Shown: positions 19,610-31,114, numbered from the stretch's first letter. The stretch is 64,000 nt of DNA from Candidatus Bathyarchaeota archaeon (GCA_963807605.1 CAWECG010000004.1:640001-704000); one strand, 5' to 3'. Numbers and translations are program-made. Notes: a model not told the origin generated them from the sequence alone.

Positions 19610-20995
19610 TTATCCGAAGGGCCTAACAGGAAAGAACCAGAGGAAAAATGCTAGGCCAGCCAGGACATAGACTGCAAGAAGAGCTTTTCCCCAACGTAGC
19701 ATTTTGAAGGTAAATCCCAGGCCTAGAGCAATGAATGGCAGCGTGTATATCATGTAGTAGTTGAAGCCGATCTTGTGGGAGATCATGTCGAGAATAGCCC
19801 ATGGAAGGTAGTTCGATGCGATCCCGACTGCTATGAAGAAAGCAGTTTCCACCTCTTTCCTGCGTGTGAATGCAAACGCCACTGCAGCTGCGACGAGCCA
19901 TATTCCGTACCACAATGGAAGACTCGCCTGAGGACGATACCAGATTGGTATATATTGGGTGCGGATACCGCCTGATGTGGTAATGTAACTCGTGCTAAAG
20001 TATGTTGGCGAGTTGAATGGGTCAACAGGAAGAATCCACAGTAGTGGATGGAAGAACGGTTCATCTGATGCGTTGAGGCCTAATGTAACCTGAACATTTT
20101 CAATGTAAAGTAGATGTTGAATTGGGTTGGTTATCAGCTCTTGGCTTGTACTCTGACTTGTGCTAAAGATGGTTGTGAGAGCAGTCCCATTGGGACTGAC
20201 ATTGATTGTGGGATAAACGTAGTTTGTGATAGATGTTGTCGCAACGGGTCTATATGCGGCGTCATAGATCCAGAAGAGGCTAGCGAAAACTAGCAATGCG
20301 ATCAAGGTGTAACGTAGACCAATCTTCAGGGCTGGTTTCAAAGAATGCCTATTGACGAACAGGTGGTAGAGGGCCAACGTAGCAAACGTGAACATGGCCA
20401 TTTCTCTTGACAGAAACGCTAAACCCAAGCTTGCGGCAGACCAGCCGTAGTGTCTTCGGAAGTAGAGTTCAATGGCTAGAAACCCGAATAGGAAGCTAGG
20501 CATGTCGATTAGCAGCAAGCCTCCATGAATAAAGAAGACGGGGTCGAGGGCAAGGAGCATCGTCGCACCTAGTGCCCACGGGTTACCGAGGAAGCGTCTC
20601 GCTATGAGGTAGAAGAGATACAGCACCGCTAATTGCATAATTACTTGGGGGAAACGCCACCCAAACCAATTATTCCCAAAAGCTGCAATGCCCAGTGCGC
20701 CGATAATCTTGGGTAATGGTGGGTGTGCTGGATTTACGTCAATTCCCTGCAAGGTCTTCAGACTAGCCGGCACATAGTAAGTTTCATCGAAAACAAGGCT
20801 GCCGTTGGAGGGAAAAGCGATTTGAAGCATGTGAGCTGCAAAGTACAATAGCAAAAAGTCTCTGATGTTGAACTTGCTGAGGAGGTTGATGCTGTAAGTC
20901 CAGATGCGTGGGAGGTTCAAGTCGGTTCCTACCCTCATACCTTTGACACTTCGGCTAGAATCTTGGGATGAGGTAGTGCGGGTGCGAATGGCCAC
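19610..20995 (-). CDS. GT-C membrane glycosyltransferase (PMT-like)
   Basis: FDETYYV, HPPLPK, FGWRF; multi-TM. Confidence 0.85.
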   Translation of the reverse strand: MAIRTRTTSSQDSSRSVKGMRVGTDLNLPRIWTYSINLLSKFNIRDFLLLYFAAHMLQIAFPSNGSLVFDETYYVPASLKTLQGIDVNPAHPPLPKIIGALGIAAFGNNWFGWRFPQVIMQLAVLYLFYLIARRFLGNPWALGATMLLALDPVFFIHGGLLLIDMPSFLFGFLAIELYFRRHYGWSAASLGLAFLSREMAMFTFATLALYHLFVNRHSLKPALKIGLRYTLIALLVFASLFWIYDAAYRPVATTSITNYVYPTINVSPNGTALTTIFSTSQSTSQELITNPIQHLLYIENVQVTLGLNASDEPFFHPLLWILPVDPFNSPTYFSTSYITTSGGIRTQYIPIWYRPQASLPLWYGIWLVAAAVAFAFTRRKEVETAFFIAVGIASNYLPWAILDMISHKIGFNYYMIYTLPFIALGLGFTFKMLRWGKALLAVYVLAGLAFFLWFFPVRPFG

Positions 20996-21129
20996 ACGAA
21001 GCAGTCGAATAATTGCGTAAGATACTTTGATTCAATGAGCTCAAGCTTCCGGATTTCCAGTTCACAGAGTTGGATGAAGTTCCTAATATGCTAAGCGTCC
21101 TACCAGTTTTCAGAATTCATCTTCCTCTG

Positions 21130-21730
21130 ACAGATACGGGGTCGTGTTCGTTGTTTTGCCCGCGTTCGTCTACCCAGTCAGGCCTATCTTGATCAAGAAT
21201 GTTCCGGTACGCTTGACGTTGGGCCGATATTACAAGTTGATGGCGGTCTCGGCAAAGGGTTGTTAACGGTCAATGTGTCCGGCGGTCGCCCAAAATAGCT
21301 CGGGTCGATTTGGTGGTGTATCAACCGCTGCCAGGAACAAGATTCATATGACGACCCTCGAAACCCCACAGCGGGAGTCGGCCCTCTCGGAACAGGTGTG
21401 AACCCTAGACACTGTGACCGCAAGGGAGTGGCGGCGTCTAGTTGGACATTACGACAGGGACAGCGCTCCCACCAAGGGCCTCAGGCACAAACACTAACGG
21501 GTTTTTGGCCAGCAAGGAATGACAGACTAGTGGTGAAGAAGCCAGTAGACAAGACGGTATGACGGAGGTTGAGGGTTCAAAATGGTCACGCTGACTATGA
21601 GCCCCTTCGGGTCGTCCCTGATTGACAGGTGGAGGGCGCTTCGTTGGTATGTCTTCCACGGAAGATGCTGACTGCGTTATGTCTAGCTGCATATTCAGGC
21701 TTGGAAATACTGTGAAATCCGCCGAACATC
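21130..21730 (-). pseudogene. Decayed Ig-like surface-protein remnant
   Basis: Frame-broken pieces DFTVFPS..., LHLSIRDDPKGLIVSVTILNPQPP, GTFLIKIGLTG*TNAGKTTNTT resemble archaeal Ig-like repeats. Confidence 0.4.
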
Positions 21731-21794
21731 CGCCTCCGTGTAGACGAATGAAAGATGGGGATCAGAGGCGCGTCGGTAGAGAATCAGGGTGGTG

Positions 21795-24104
21795 TTAGGG
21801 CCCTCCGGGTCCTGGGGGTCCTGGCGGTCCTGGGGGTCCTGCGGGTTGCTGTACGGTGTTCCAAGCGTTGTCGTAGTCGTTTATCGCGTCGGCAGAGTGT
21901 TGTGGTGGATTGTTTGCAGCGTCCTGGTCGCCCTTGCTAAGTTGGTTCTGTGCCTGAGTTATCTTGTTCGGATTTTCTTTTGCAGTGATGGCGTCGTTGA
22001 TCGCGGTTAAAGCTAACTGTCGGTCAGCGCCGACTAGTTGGTTGATGAGGCTTTGCAATGTGCTCTTGTCAACTTGGCTCTTTGGATCCTTGATCATATC
22101 AGTCAAGGTTCTGACGACATCTGCCTCATCTTTGAAGACCTTGTCGCCTTGCTTCGCGCTCAAGTGGGAGGAATCAACCCAATCGGCTGGGCTGAGCGAG
22201 TCTTGCATGGAGGAGATAGCCTTGTCTAGTCTATCTTGGTCGGGCTTGAAGGTTGCCGTCGAGCGCAGTGAAACTAGGGTTTGGAGCACGCTATTCTTGA
22301 CATCCTTCGGCATCGCTCCTGTAGAAGTTTGAGTCTGAGTCACGGTTGTGGTTTCTGTAAGAGTATTGGTGACCGTAGCGGATTCGGTGGCGGTCTGAGT
22401 AGTCGTAGCCAATTTTGTGACAGGGCTCGTCACAGTAGCTGACTCAGTAGCAGTATTCGTCACCGTAACGTAGACGCTTGCAGTATTAGCTAGAGTAGAA
22501 GACGCTGTAGCCGTGTTAGTAACAGTAGCGGATTCGGTTGCAGTGTTAGTGATAGTAGCAGACTCTGTGGCGGTCTGAGTAGTCGTAGCCAATTCAGTAG
22601 CAGTATTAATCACAGTAGCCGACTCGAAAGCGGTGTTAGCGACTGTTGTAGACTGAGTAGCAGTATTCGTCACAGTAGCTGACTCAGTATCCGTATTCGT
22701 AATCGTGGCAGACTGAGTATCAGTGTTAGTAATCGTAGCAGACTGAGTATCCGTATTCGTAATCGTAGCAGACTGAGTATCCGTATTCGTAATCGTAGCA
22801 GACTGAGTATCCGTATTCGTAATCGTAGCAGACTGAGTATCCGTATTCGTAATCGTAGCAGACTGAGTATCCGTATTCGTAATCGTAGCAGACTGAGTAT
22901 CCGTATTCGTAATCGTAGCAGACTGAGTATCCGTATTCGTAATCGTAGCAGACTGAGTATCCGTATTCGTAATCGTAGCAGACTGAGTATCCGTATTCGT
23001 AATCGTAGCAGACTGAGTATCCGTATTCGTAATCGTAGCAGACTGAGTATCCGTATTCGTAATCGTAGCAGACTGAGTATCCGTATTCGTAATCGTAGCA
23101 GACTGAGTATCCGTATTCGTAATCGTAGCAGACTGAGTATCCGTATTCGTAATCGTAGCAGACTGAGTATCCGTATTCGTAATCGTAGCAGACTGAGTAT
23201 CCGTATTCGTAATCGTAGCAGACTGAGTATCCGTATTCGTAATCGTAGCAGACTGAGTATCCGTATTCGTAATCGTAGCAGACTGAGTATCCGTATTCGT
23301 AATCGTAGCAGACTGAGTATCCGTATTCGTAATCGTAGCAGACTGAGTATCCGTATTCGTAATCGTAGCAGACTGAGTATCCGTATTCGTAATCGTAGCA
23401 GACTGAGTATCCGTATTCGTAATCGTAGCAGACTGAGTATCCGTATTCGTAATCGTAGCAGACTCTGTCGCTGTGTTAGTAATCGTAGCCGTCTGAGTAG
23501 CAGTGTTAGTCGCTGTGTTAGTAATCGTAGCCGTCTGAGTCTGAGTATTAGTAGTAGTCGTCAACTGAGTGGCAGTTGAGGTGAACGTTGTTATGGTTGA
23601 GAGTGTAGTGGCCGTTACGGTTGTGGTAGCGGTGGTAAGAGGTACCTTGAAGGCAGATGAAAGCCCATCAGGGTTTGCGCCGCCGCTATCATATATCGAG
23701 TTGTGATTTAAGTCCACTACTATGTAGTAATTACCACCATACTGGGTTAGGAGATGACTCCAAACCAGCAAAAGTTGGTTAGTTCCTGATGCACCATTCC
23801 AAGGTGCGCTGTTGGGCAAGGTCTTGTACCCTCCAGAAACATCCTGCAAAGAGCCTCCACTGGCAGGGTCTGCCGCTACAACCCATACATAGACGCCATT
23901 TAGGCCTCCGCCACTCCAACTAATCTTCGCATAGACATCGTCGGTCGTAACGAAAGTGGACTTGACGGTCCCCCCTGAGTCCGAGGCGGAAACAGCAGAT
24001 ACGGTGGCTCCGGGAGCCCACACCTGAGGAGTCTGTCCCATAAGGAGGAGGAGTAAAACAGTAACTCCGAGTAGGTACTTCTTCTTGTATAAGCCACTGG
24101 CCAA
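21795..24104 (-). CDS. Secreted Thr-rich repeat protein with C-terminal helical domain and (GPP)n tail
   Basis: Signal peptide, beta-rich N-domain, long TxT region, helical domain, PAGPPGPPGPPGPGGP. Confidence 0.85.
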   Translation of the reverse strand: MASGLYKKKYLLGVTVLLLLLMGQTPQVWAPGATVSAVSASDSGGTVKSTFVTTDDVYAKISWSGGGLNGVYVWVVAADPASGGSLQDVSGGYKTLPNSAPWNGASGTNQLLLVWSHLLTQYGGNYYIVVDLNHNSIYDSGGANPDGLSSAFKVPLTTATTTVTATTLSTITTFTSTATQLTTTTNTQTQTATITNTATNTATQTATITNTATESATITNTDTQSATITNTDTQSATITNTDTQSATITNTDTQSATITNTDTQSATITNTDTQSATITNTDTQSATITNTDTQSATITNTDTQSATITNTDTQSATITNTDTQSATITNTDTQSATITNTDTQSATITNTDTQSATITNTDTQSATITNTDTQSATITNTDTQSATITNTDTQSATITNTDTQSATITNTDTQSATITNTDTQSATITNTDTQSATITNTDTQSATITNTDTQSATITNTDTQSATITNTDTESATVTNTATQSTTVANTAFESATVINTATELATTTQTATESATITNTATESATVTNTATASSTLANTASVYVTVTNTATESATVTSPVTKLATTTQTATESATVTNTLTETTTVTQTQTSTGAMPKDVKNSVLQTLVSLRSTATFKPDQDRLDKAISSMQDSLSPADWVDSSHLSAKQGDKVFKDEADVVRTLTDMIKDPKSQVDKSTLQSLINQLVGADRQLALTAINDAITAKENPNKITQAQNQLSKGDQDAANNPPQHSADAINDYDNAWNTVQQPAGPPGPPGPPGPGGP
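22741..23460. repeat. 24 perfect tandem copies of a 30-bp unit encoding TDTQSATITN, flanked by degenerate units
   Basis: gactgagtatccgtattcgtaatcgtagca x24, no spacers. Confidence 0.97.
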
Positions 24105-24242
24105 AATTGTCCACCCTACTTTTTCTTAGAGCCTAATGACTAGTAACCGTACTGTTCAATTCTGGGGGACAGTTAATTTATAAGCCTTTTCTTGGACCAT
24201 GCTCGCTTCAGCACTCTTCTAATCGAGTAATAGTCTCTCTGG

Positions 24243-25463
24243 TCAGTCTACGATTCTGCGTAATGTCTTCTCGAGGACGCCAACGTGTTTTTCCCAGGTG
24301 TAGCGTTCTGCCACGAATCTTGCTGCGTTTGCGCTTATTCGTCTGTTGAGCGCCTCGTCGGATAGGAGCCTTTGTAGTCTTTCAGAGAAATCCTTGAAGT
24401 TGTATGCTTTGGCTTTGAATCCGTTGAAGCCGTCTATGACTGTCTCAGAGGGGCCTGCGTGGTCCCAGACGACGACAGGCGTCCCGCATGCCATGGCTTC
24501 GACGGGGCCTAACCCGAAGTCTTCTTCGGGTGAGGTGAATGCGTAGGCATCAGCGTTTTGATAGAGTTGGATCAGTTCGTTTTCTTGCACGCGTCCCGTG
24601 AAGAATACGGTGTCGCTGAGCCCCAGCTCTGAGCACAGACGTTTCAGGACTCGTGTGTAGCTGGTGGAGTCACCGGTTATTACTAGCTTGCTGTCAACTT
24701 CTTTTCTTACGAGAGCGAAGATCCTAAGGAGATCAGAGAGCCCTTTTTGCGGGTAGTGCCTGTTGGTGGATAATATGAAGGGTTTCTTTAGGGTGAATCC
24801 TTTCAGATCGAGGTTGGTCTTCCTTTGTGCTGGAACAAATTTTTCTACGTCGACGCCAGGGGGGCATACAAGAGGCTCCACATTATAGATTTTCCTTAGC
24901 TGGTCTCTTATCCAAAGACTGTTTGTCATTACTAGGTTAGAGGTAGTCACTGAGGCGTGGTCAAGAAGACGGACGACCGGTTTCAATGTCTCCACAATGC
25001 CTTTTAGAAGGGCAAAGTCAGTTTTTGTTTTCCATCCGACGCGTAAGTCAATTGGGCGCGGATAGAGAAACCTCGCGGGTTGATGCAGGTATGTCACGCG
25101 GGGCTTCAAGGTAATCCGCGAGATTAGGTAGCTTATCCATGTAGCGGGTTGGCCGTGTGAAAGGATTATGTCATAATTTCTGAATTTCGACGCAGACAGC
25201 GGTGCTAGGACGGATGTTGCAGCTAAGCTTGCGAAATCCCGAAATGGAATCTTGATCTTCACTCTTGGGATAACGCCCTCCAAGGGGATCTTGCTTATTA
25301 AATCAGGAAAGCAGAGGTCTGGCCGAATTGCTGGTGCGAAGCAGCTTACCGTGTGGCCCATTCTTCGAAGCATGATTGATTCATAAATTGCTGTTCTTTC
25401 CCCTCCGCCACTATACATGAAGCCGAAGTGGATTATCGCAATGCGCAGATGATTCCCCCCCAT
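24243..25463 (-). CDS. Glycosyltransferase family 4
   Basis: GGGER N-terminal motif; EDFGLGPVEAMACG. Confidence 0.93.
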   Translation of the reverse strand: MGGNHLRIAIIHFGFMYSGGGERTAIYESIMLRRMGHTVSCFAPAIRPDLCFPDLISKIPLEGVIPRVKIKIPFRDFASLAATSVLAPLSASKFRNYDIILSHGQPATWISYLISRITLKPRVTYLHQPARFLYPRPIDLRVGWKTKTDFALLKGIVETLKPVVRLLDHASVTTSNLVMTNSLWIRDQLRKIYNVEPLVCPPGVDVEKFVPAQRKTNLDLKGFTLKKPFILSTNRHYPQKGLSDLLRIFALVRKEVDSKLVITGDSTSYTRVLKRLCSELGLSDTVFFTGRVQENELIQLYQNADAYAFTSPEEDFGLGPVEAMACGTPVVVWDHAGPSETVIDGFNGFKAKAYNFKDFSERLQRLLSDEALNRRISANAARFVAERYTWEKHVGVLEKTLRRIVD

Positions 25464-26014
25464 TCTGCTGCACCAGACAGGTCTGATGTGGAATAACTGC
25501 TTGAAATGTGTCTGAGATGATGCTGCGTGGAAATCGCTGGCTCGCTGCCGCGACGGGGTAGAAAGAGAGCGACCCCGCTTTCCTTCTGCAACTTCAACAG
25601 TTTATCCTCTCACCTATATCCGTCACAGGAACTAAAGAGTATGGGATCAGGTTTGGTTCTAATGTACAGACCTGAGTTGAAGAAATACCCTGAGAAAGAC
25701 CTCTTCTCCGGTGGATCTTCTAGAGCGCTGCCAGCGGGCCTGAAAAATAATAAGGACCCGGCCAAATGGGGCCGCGACGGTCTTTGGAACCTTAAAGCGT
25801 GGGCAGGGTCCAAACCAACTTTGATCATCGTGTACAAGCGCACGTTAGCCGCACCTGCACCGCTGTGACGATGGTGTTAATATTGCGGTGGTGACGACAG
25901 GTACAATTATCCGATACGTATTAGCTACGTGTTCATACGATCTCCTTACATGGCGTATTACGAAGCTACGTGATCAAGAGAAGGCTGCCGCGATAGCATC
26001 TGGAAGTTGTTGCC

Positions 26015-27088
26015 TTGAAAGTAGTGGAGTGGACCTTCCAACAGTTCTTGGATAATAGGAACCTGTGGAATAGTACATTGCAGCAGAGTCTAGACAATAG
26101 CATATTCCTTACGTGGGAGTGGCTGTCGAATTGGTGGGAACACTTCGGGAGTCAAAGGAGGTTTCTTGTTCTAACTGTAGTTGACGACAAGCAGATCCTG
26201 GCTGCTGCTCCATTAATGATCTCAAAGTCTCCAGTGTTGGGATTGAAAGTAGAGTTCATAGGAGCACCAGATTCCGATTATCATGGCTTTCTATTAACGC
26301 CAAACAGCGCGGCCGCCGCTAGGCTTATCCTGGATTACTTGAACCAACTTAAACCCGATTGGGATGTCATAGAACTACGAGAAATTCCTGAAAACTCAAT
26401 GACATTAGAGATTCTCAGAACAGTCCCACCTAAATCAATTAGATTCCGGGAAAAGAAACTAGCGTTGTGTCCCTACCTTCCATTGCCGGACGACTTTGAC
26501 AATTACCTACGAAGGCTCAACCCGCATTTTGTTAAGGAATTGAGGCGGCGGGAGAGAAGACTGAAAGAGAGTTACAGAGTCAGCTTCCAGGCGGTGGATG
26601 GGAGTGAAGCTGTGGGTGATGCGATGGAATTCCTTTTTAGCCTCCATCAGAAACGGTGGAAATCCAAAATGCGCCCTGGAATCTTCTCAGATCGGAAGGT
26701 CCGTGACTTTCATCTTGATGTAGCCCGATCATTCATCCGAAAAGGATGGTTAGTCCTAGCGTTTCTGATGCTGAATGACGATCCAGTTGCATCTCTATAC
26801 AACTATAGGTATTCTAACAAGATGTATTGCTACCTCTCTGGATTCGAACCTGCTTATTCAAAATATGGCGTCGGATCAATCCTTGATCTTCGCCTTATAG
26901 AGTACAGCATCAGGAATGGTTTGAGAGAATACGATTTCATGAGGGGTGACGAACCCTACAAGACAATGTGGGGGACACACGCAAAAAGAAACCTGAGAAT
27001 CAGTGCTGCAAGAAAAAAGACTGTTCGCTTTGCATACGATTGCATCGACTTTGCAAAGGACAAAGTACGTGCATTAACACCAACATAA
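26015..27088 (+). CDS. GNAT acetyltransferase (CelD/BcsL-like, Acetyltransf_6)
   Basis: FLTWEWL..WW, SDY, YGVG, YDFMRGDEPYK. Confidence 0.9.
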   Translation: MKVVEWTFQQFLDNRNLWNSTLQQSLDNSIFLTWEWLSNWWEHFGSQRRFLVLTVVDDKQILAAAPLMISKSPVLGLKVEFIGAPDSDYHGFLLTPNSAAAARLILDYLNQLKPDWDVIELREIPENSMTLEILRTVPPKSIRFREKKLALCPYLPLPDDFDNYLRRLNPHFVKELRRRERRLKESYRVSFQAVDGSEAVGDAMEFLFSLHQKRWKSKMRPGIFSDRKVRDFHLDVARSFIRKGWLVLAFLMLNDDPVASLYNYRYSNKMYCYLSGFEPAYSKYGVGSILDLRLIEYSIRNGLREYDFMRGDEPYKTMWGTHAKRNLRISAARKKTVRFAYDCIDFAKDKVRALTPT

Positions 27089-27294
27089 CCCTGACTGCTG
27101 AACAGACTATGAGTCCACCACAAGTCTATGTTTCTCCCATAGCCGTCCTAACGAACCTGAAATGCCTTTGGTTACGTGCACACTCGAAGAACCTAGCAAC
27201 AGCACCCAATACAACTTGCACATCACATGCTCATATTCTATGAAATCACACAACCAACCGATTTGAGGCTCTTTTGCCTCAAGGACAAGTATGC

Positions 27295-28032
27295 TCACAC
27301 TCCTCTTCTATAAGAATAGAATTTCATTAACAACCATCTTCCTATTTTTGGAAATTTGTGTATGATTCGTCCGAGTCTAATATTCGGTGTGGAGCCTGAA
27401 CCATGAAGGATGCGTTCTAATTCAGCCAGATAGACTCTTTCGCGCAGAATACGGCTGGCGCGCGCTTCTGCAATAAAGCCCTCGTACTTGCATATGAAAT
27501 CCTGCCTATCAAGAGGAATATCTTCAACAGGTATACTGTGCAAGAATCTAAGCCAAGCTGCCGCTCGCTCCAGCTGTTTGGATAATGCCCACAGTTTGCC
27601 CTGTGTAGGGGGGATTATTCTGGTCCATCGCAGGAGATCATTCAGACATTGGCCCTCAACTCCGGCTGCGATCACAGTGTTCAATCTCTCGATCACATCT
27701 ATTGGCTCTGAGATCTTGAAATTACTTGAATTCCTGAAGTGCATCCATGCAATCTAGTGCCTTCGAAATTCGTCAACCGCAGCACCATCATCTAGATAAA
27801 CCTTCGCAAAGAGAGTCCTTTCCACCTGACCGATCCTTGCATCTTCAAGAACAACCTTGAAGGTCTGTCGCGCATACAATCCTTTTGGCGGAAAGCTCGC
27901 ATTCCAGCGCAAAGATAGAAAAGAGTTTCCCATTATACGGAAGGTCAAGTTCGGGTGACCTTTCAATTCGGGAAAGTACTGTGAGAGCCGCGGCTTTATT
28001 TCATCAGCCAACAGGTCTATTGTTCGTTTCAC
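27295..28032 (-). pseudogene. Chimeric pseudogene: 5' half of kinase-like gene (nonsense at 27754) fused to a methyltransferase 3' end
   Basis: 27466-28032 is paralogous to 33058-34116; 27295-27457 is paralogous to the C-terminus of 28105-28914; junction GCGCGCGC at 27458-27465. Confidence 0.88.
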
Positions 28033-28104
28033 CGAAGCCTCAGCTCAGCAGTACTCATGTGTCGGACAACCCAGAATCCTCCGCCAACGATTGCAGCATA
28101 GCAC

Positions 28105-28914
28105 CTACTTATCTGCTTTGAAGTCTTCATGCGCCTTGAATACTAATATACCCATATGACGCCTTCTATAGGAATAGAATTTCATCAGTAACCATCTTCC
28201 GATTCCCGGAATTTTATCCATTACTCGTCCGATTCTAATCTTCCATCCGGAACCTGTATCATAAAGGATGCGTTCTAACTCAGCCACATAGATTCTTTGG
28301 CATAGGGTACGACTGGATTTTGGATCTAATCTGAATCCGTAGGAGTCGAGTTCTTTGCTCCAGAAGTCTTTCTCATGTACATTTACACGAATTTTGTCCC
28401 ATGGCTTTGTGATGTACGCAGTTTTCATTACCAGTATTCCATCATTCTTAATTACGCGCCTAATTTCTTGGAACACGAGGTCATAATTCCCGACAAACTC
28501 CACTACTTCGAACATCGTGACAAGATCGAAACGCCCACTTGAAAATGGCAGTCCCTCCTTCTCGAGATCTATCTTCGTGAGATACGAAGAAACCTGGTTT
28601 GGTGCTTGTGAAAGCGCATACTCACTTACGTCTACGCCGTAGCTCTCGATACCTATGTTTCTTAATGCGAGAACCAAGAATCCCTTAGCGCATCCAATAT
28701 CCAGAACCGAGAGGGGTTTCCACGTCTTTTTTAGTTGATCAGCTAAGAATTCAAACTCAGGAAGAATGTTCGTTATCTTGTATAGAACCGAGATTCTTCC
28801 TGGTTGATCTGGGTCATCTACTCCGCTATCGAAAAAATCCTTATTGAACACTCCTTGTTTATCTGTCACGCATCTCTTCCCAGTAGCAGCGACTTGCTTC
28901 CTTATTTTGAGCAC
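28105..28914 (-). CDS. Class I SAM-dependent methyltransferase
   Basis: VLDIGCAKG, GVDVS, FDLVTMFEV. Confidence 0.9.
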   Translation of the reverse strand: MLKIRKQVAATGKRCVTDKQGVFNKDFFDSGVDDPDQPGRISVLYKITNILPEFEFLADQLKKTWKPLSVLDIGCAKGFLVLALRNIGIESYGVDVSEYALSQAPNQVSSYLTKIDLEKEGLPFSSGRFDLVTMFEVVEFVGNYDLVFQEIRRVIKNDGILVMKTAYITKPWDKIRVNVHEKDFWSKELDSYGFRLDPKSSRTLCQRIYVAELERILYDTGSGWKIRIGRVMDKIPGIGRWLLMKFYSYRRRHMGILVFKAHEDFKADK

Positions 28915-29436
28915 AGCCCGAACTTAACTGTTATGTGGCCTATTCTTGTGTTTGAATGCATCCGAAGTGACTTCGTGATCACGATCATACTCGCCGTTTA
29001 GAGAAATCTAATCGTCTGCGTTGCTGCAAAGCGTGACCTGTATCGCAAGCGGCACGTAAGAAGTCGTGCCAATATAGCCTTAATGCTCGCTGTTTCAACA
29101 GGAGCATTTTAGGAACTATGAAGAATGTAGGTGAACAAATCAACAGGCAGTTTACTATCGAACAGCTTTAATTCCAGACTATTTCTGATAACTTCTGTAT
29201 TGTCCTGTACAAACGCCCTACATGACCTTTGGCTTTTGCTTGATGAAGCTCTCGGCGATTGTGTGATATATCTTACTTGAGTTGTGGGGGAAGCACTTAC
29301 GACATCTAAGGTTGTCCTGTATATGTAGGAGCCTTCTAAATGCTAAATAAGCATGCAATAATCATAGCGACGCCGAGTCATTGTCTTAAACGTGAATGGT
29401 TACTTCGACACTGCTGGACAGACCAAGACCAGCAGG

Positions 29437-30181
29437 TCAGTAGATGCCTAGACGATGAAGTCTTAGCACAGCCTTGGTAGCAATGCGCATTCGAAGTCGT
29501 GGAGGTCTCAAGTCCGGCTTTGGGATTTTGGATGCAGAAAGCCTTTGCACGTCGGCTCCGAACTTCAGACTTAGTCCTTGTAGAAACTCTTCGAAGAGCC
29601 GCCGGTCTGGCTGCGAATAGCCTGGAGAGTAAGCGAGATATATGGAGGATGGCACGTCCTTGAAGTCCCAAGATAAGAACTCGTTGAGTAACCTCCGAGT
29701 GTGGGATGGGGCATAATTGATGGAGGCAAGGCCATCCCAGTCTATATCAAGGTGTTCGCCACGCTCGATACCGTGACACTCGTGAAACGTGAGCTCGGTG
29801 AACTTGAGCGGTACCTCAGGTCTTGGTTTTAGCCTGCGCAGTAAGAGGTGGGGAATTGATGTGAGGTCACTCTCGTACTTGACGGCCCCAACATCATAGC
29901 GACGACCCCCAAGATCGTCATGGATCCAGCGCACCGCGCTGACGATTCCTTCTATTATCGCATAAGCGAGGAAATTCCCCGAATCGATTTTGGATCCTTT
30001 TCGGGATACTTGGATCGGTTACAAATGCATGGCTGTGGCGCCGATCGATGAGCAGTCCCCGCATGTCGCAATGGAAGTCGACATGAGCAAGGTGGATACA
30101 GCGATCTCCGCGTTCGCGCCAGAGTTGGTAGATCTGATCATGTTCTTCAGCAACAAAAATATTAGCCATTGAGGATTTCAC
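29437..30181 (-). pseudogene. UPF0489-like (arginase-fold) protein, frameshifted near 29990
   Basis: EEHDQIYQLW, HVDFHCDM, IDSGNFL, HLDIDWD, YSPGY over two frames. Confidence 0.65.
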
Positions 30182-30489
30182 CTTGTGTTGAACCTGTCAA
30201 CCATTCTTTTGTTCCGCATAAATTCAATTTCAGGTCAAACTGTTCCAAGCAGTTACGCAACCGCGATCTAGGACACTCAAATGAATAGGCAAGCTATGCC
30301 CGGATCAGCCCCTGCACGTGACTCTGACCCGCAGTCATCCAGAACGACTTTAGCGAGTGCCTCACACACGATGTGGACAGATATCTAGCGGAAGGCTTAC
30401 GTAACCCTTCCTCGACAATTCCACTCACCCTACAATCCCCAAACCCGCTCCAGAACCTATTATTGACAATACTGTTCCATACGCGCGCG

Positions 30490-30869
30490 TTTTCACCTCG
30501 ATGTAGCTCGGTCTTTCAACCGAAAAGGATGGTCAGTCATGGCCCCTCTTGCTGAATGACGATCCGGTAGCATCTTAATATAACTATAGGTATTCTAACA
30601 AGATGTATTGCTATCTCTTTGGATTCGAACCTGCTTATTCGAAATATGCCGTCGGAATGATCCTCGACCTCTATCTAATCGAGCACAGCATTCAGAATGG
30701 TATGAGAGAATATGATTTCACGAGGGGTGATGAACCCTACAAGAGAATGTGGGGAACACTCGCAAAGAGAAACCTAAAAATTATTGCTGCAAGAAAAAGG
30801 ATTGTTCACTTCACATACGATTGCATTGACTTCGCCAAAGACAGAGCACGTGCATTAACACTTACATAA
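30490..30869 (+). pseudogene. GNAT 3' fragment (paralog of 26015-27088)
   Basis: Aligns to 26708-27088; starts abruptly after ACGCGCGCGT (30481-30490); contains a stop and a frameshift. Confidence 0.88.
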
Positions 30870-30966
30870 TCCTAACTGCTGAACTAGGACTATGTGTTCA
30901 CCAAAAGCTCTGACTTCTCCTTTCTTCTTCCTGATAAACCCTGACATGCTTTAGCACACGCAGAAG

Positions 30967-31114
30967 GGATTAGCGCTGGCTTAGATGCCGATTCCAACTG
31001 ATTTATCTCACCCACCTTTGACCAAGCTTTGCCAACGGGATGCTCTGGAAATCCCAAACTTGTTGCCTTCTTGGTAAGGAGGCTCATATCCGCATACGAA
31101 ATCTTGCCTGTCAA
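30967..31114 (-). pseudogene. Internal fragment of the kinase-like gene
   Basis: Aligns to ~33449-33598; bounded by GCGCGTGCGC (31115-31124) and GCACACGC (~30954). Confidence 0.8.

Noticed and set aside
21130-21790. Large structured ncRNA (TTCGTCTAC/GTAGACGAA long-range pair, UUCG and GCAA loops)
   Set aside because: No RNase P, SRP or intron signatures. The minus strand reads as a decayed Ig-like surface-protein gene, and the short pairings may be chance. An Infernal/covariation search would settle it.
22741-23460. 30-bp repeat array as a CRISPR
   Set aside because: No spacers, in-frame coding repeat, and no cas genes in the window.
25527-25990. ORFs on both strands between GT4 and GNAT
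   Set aside because: No recognisable motifs; probably a decayed fragment.
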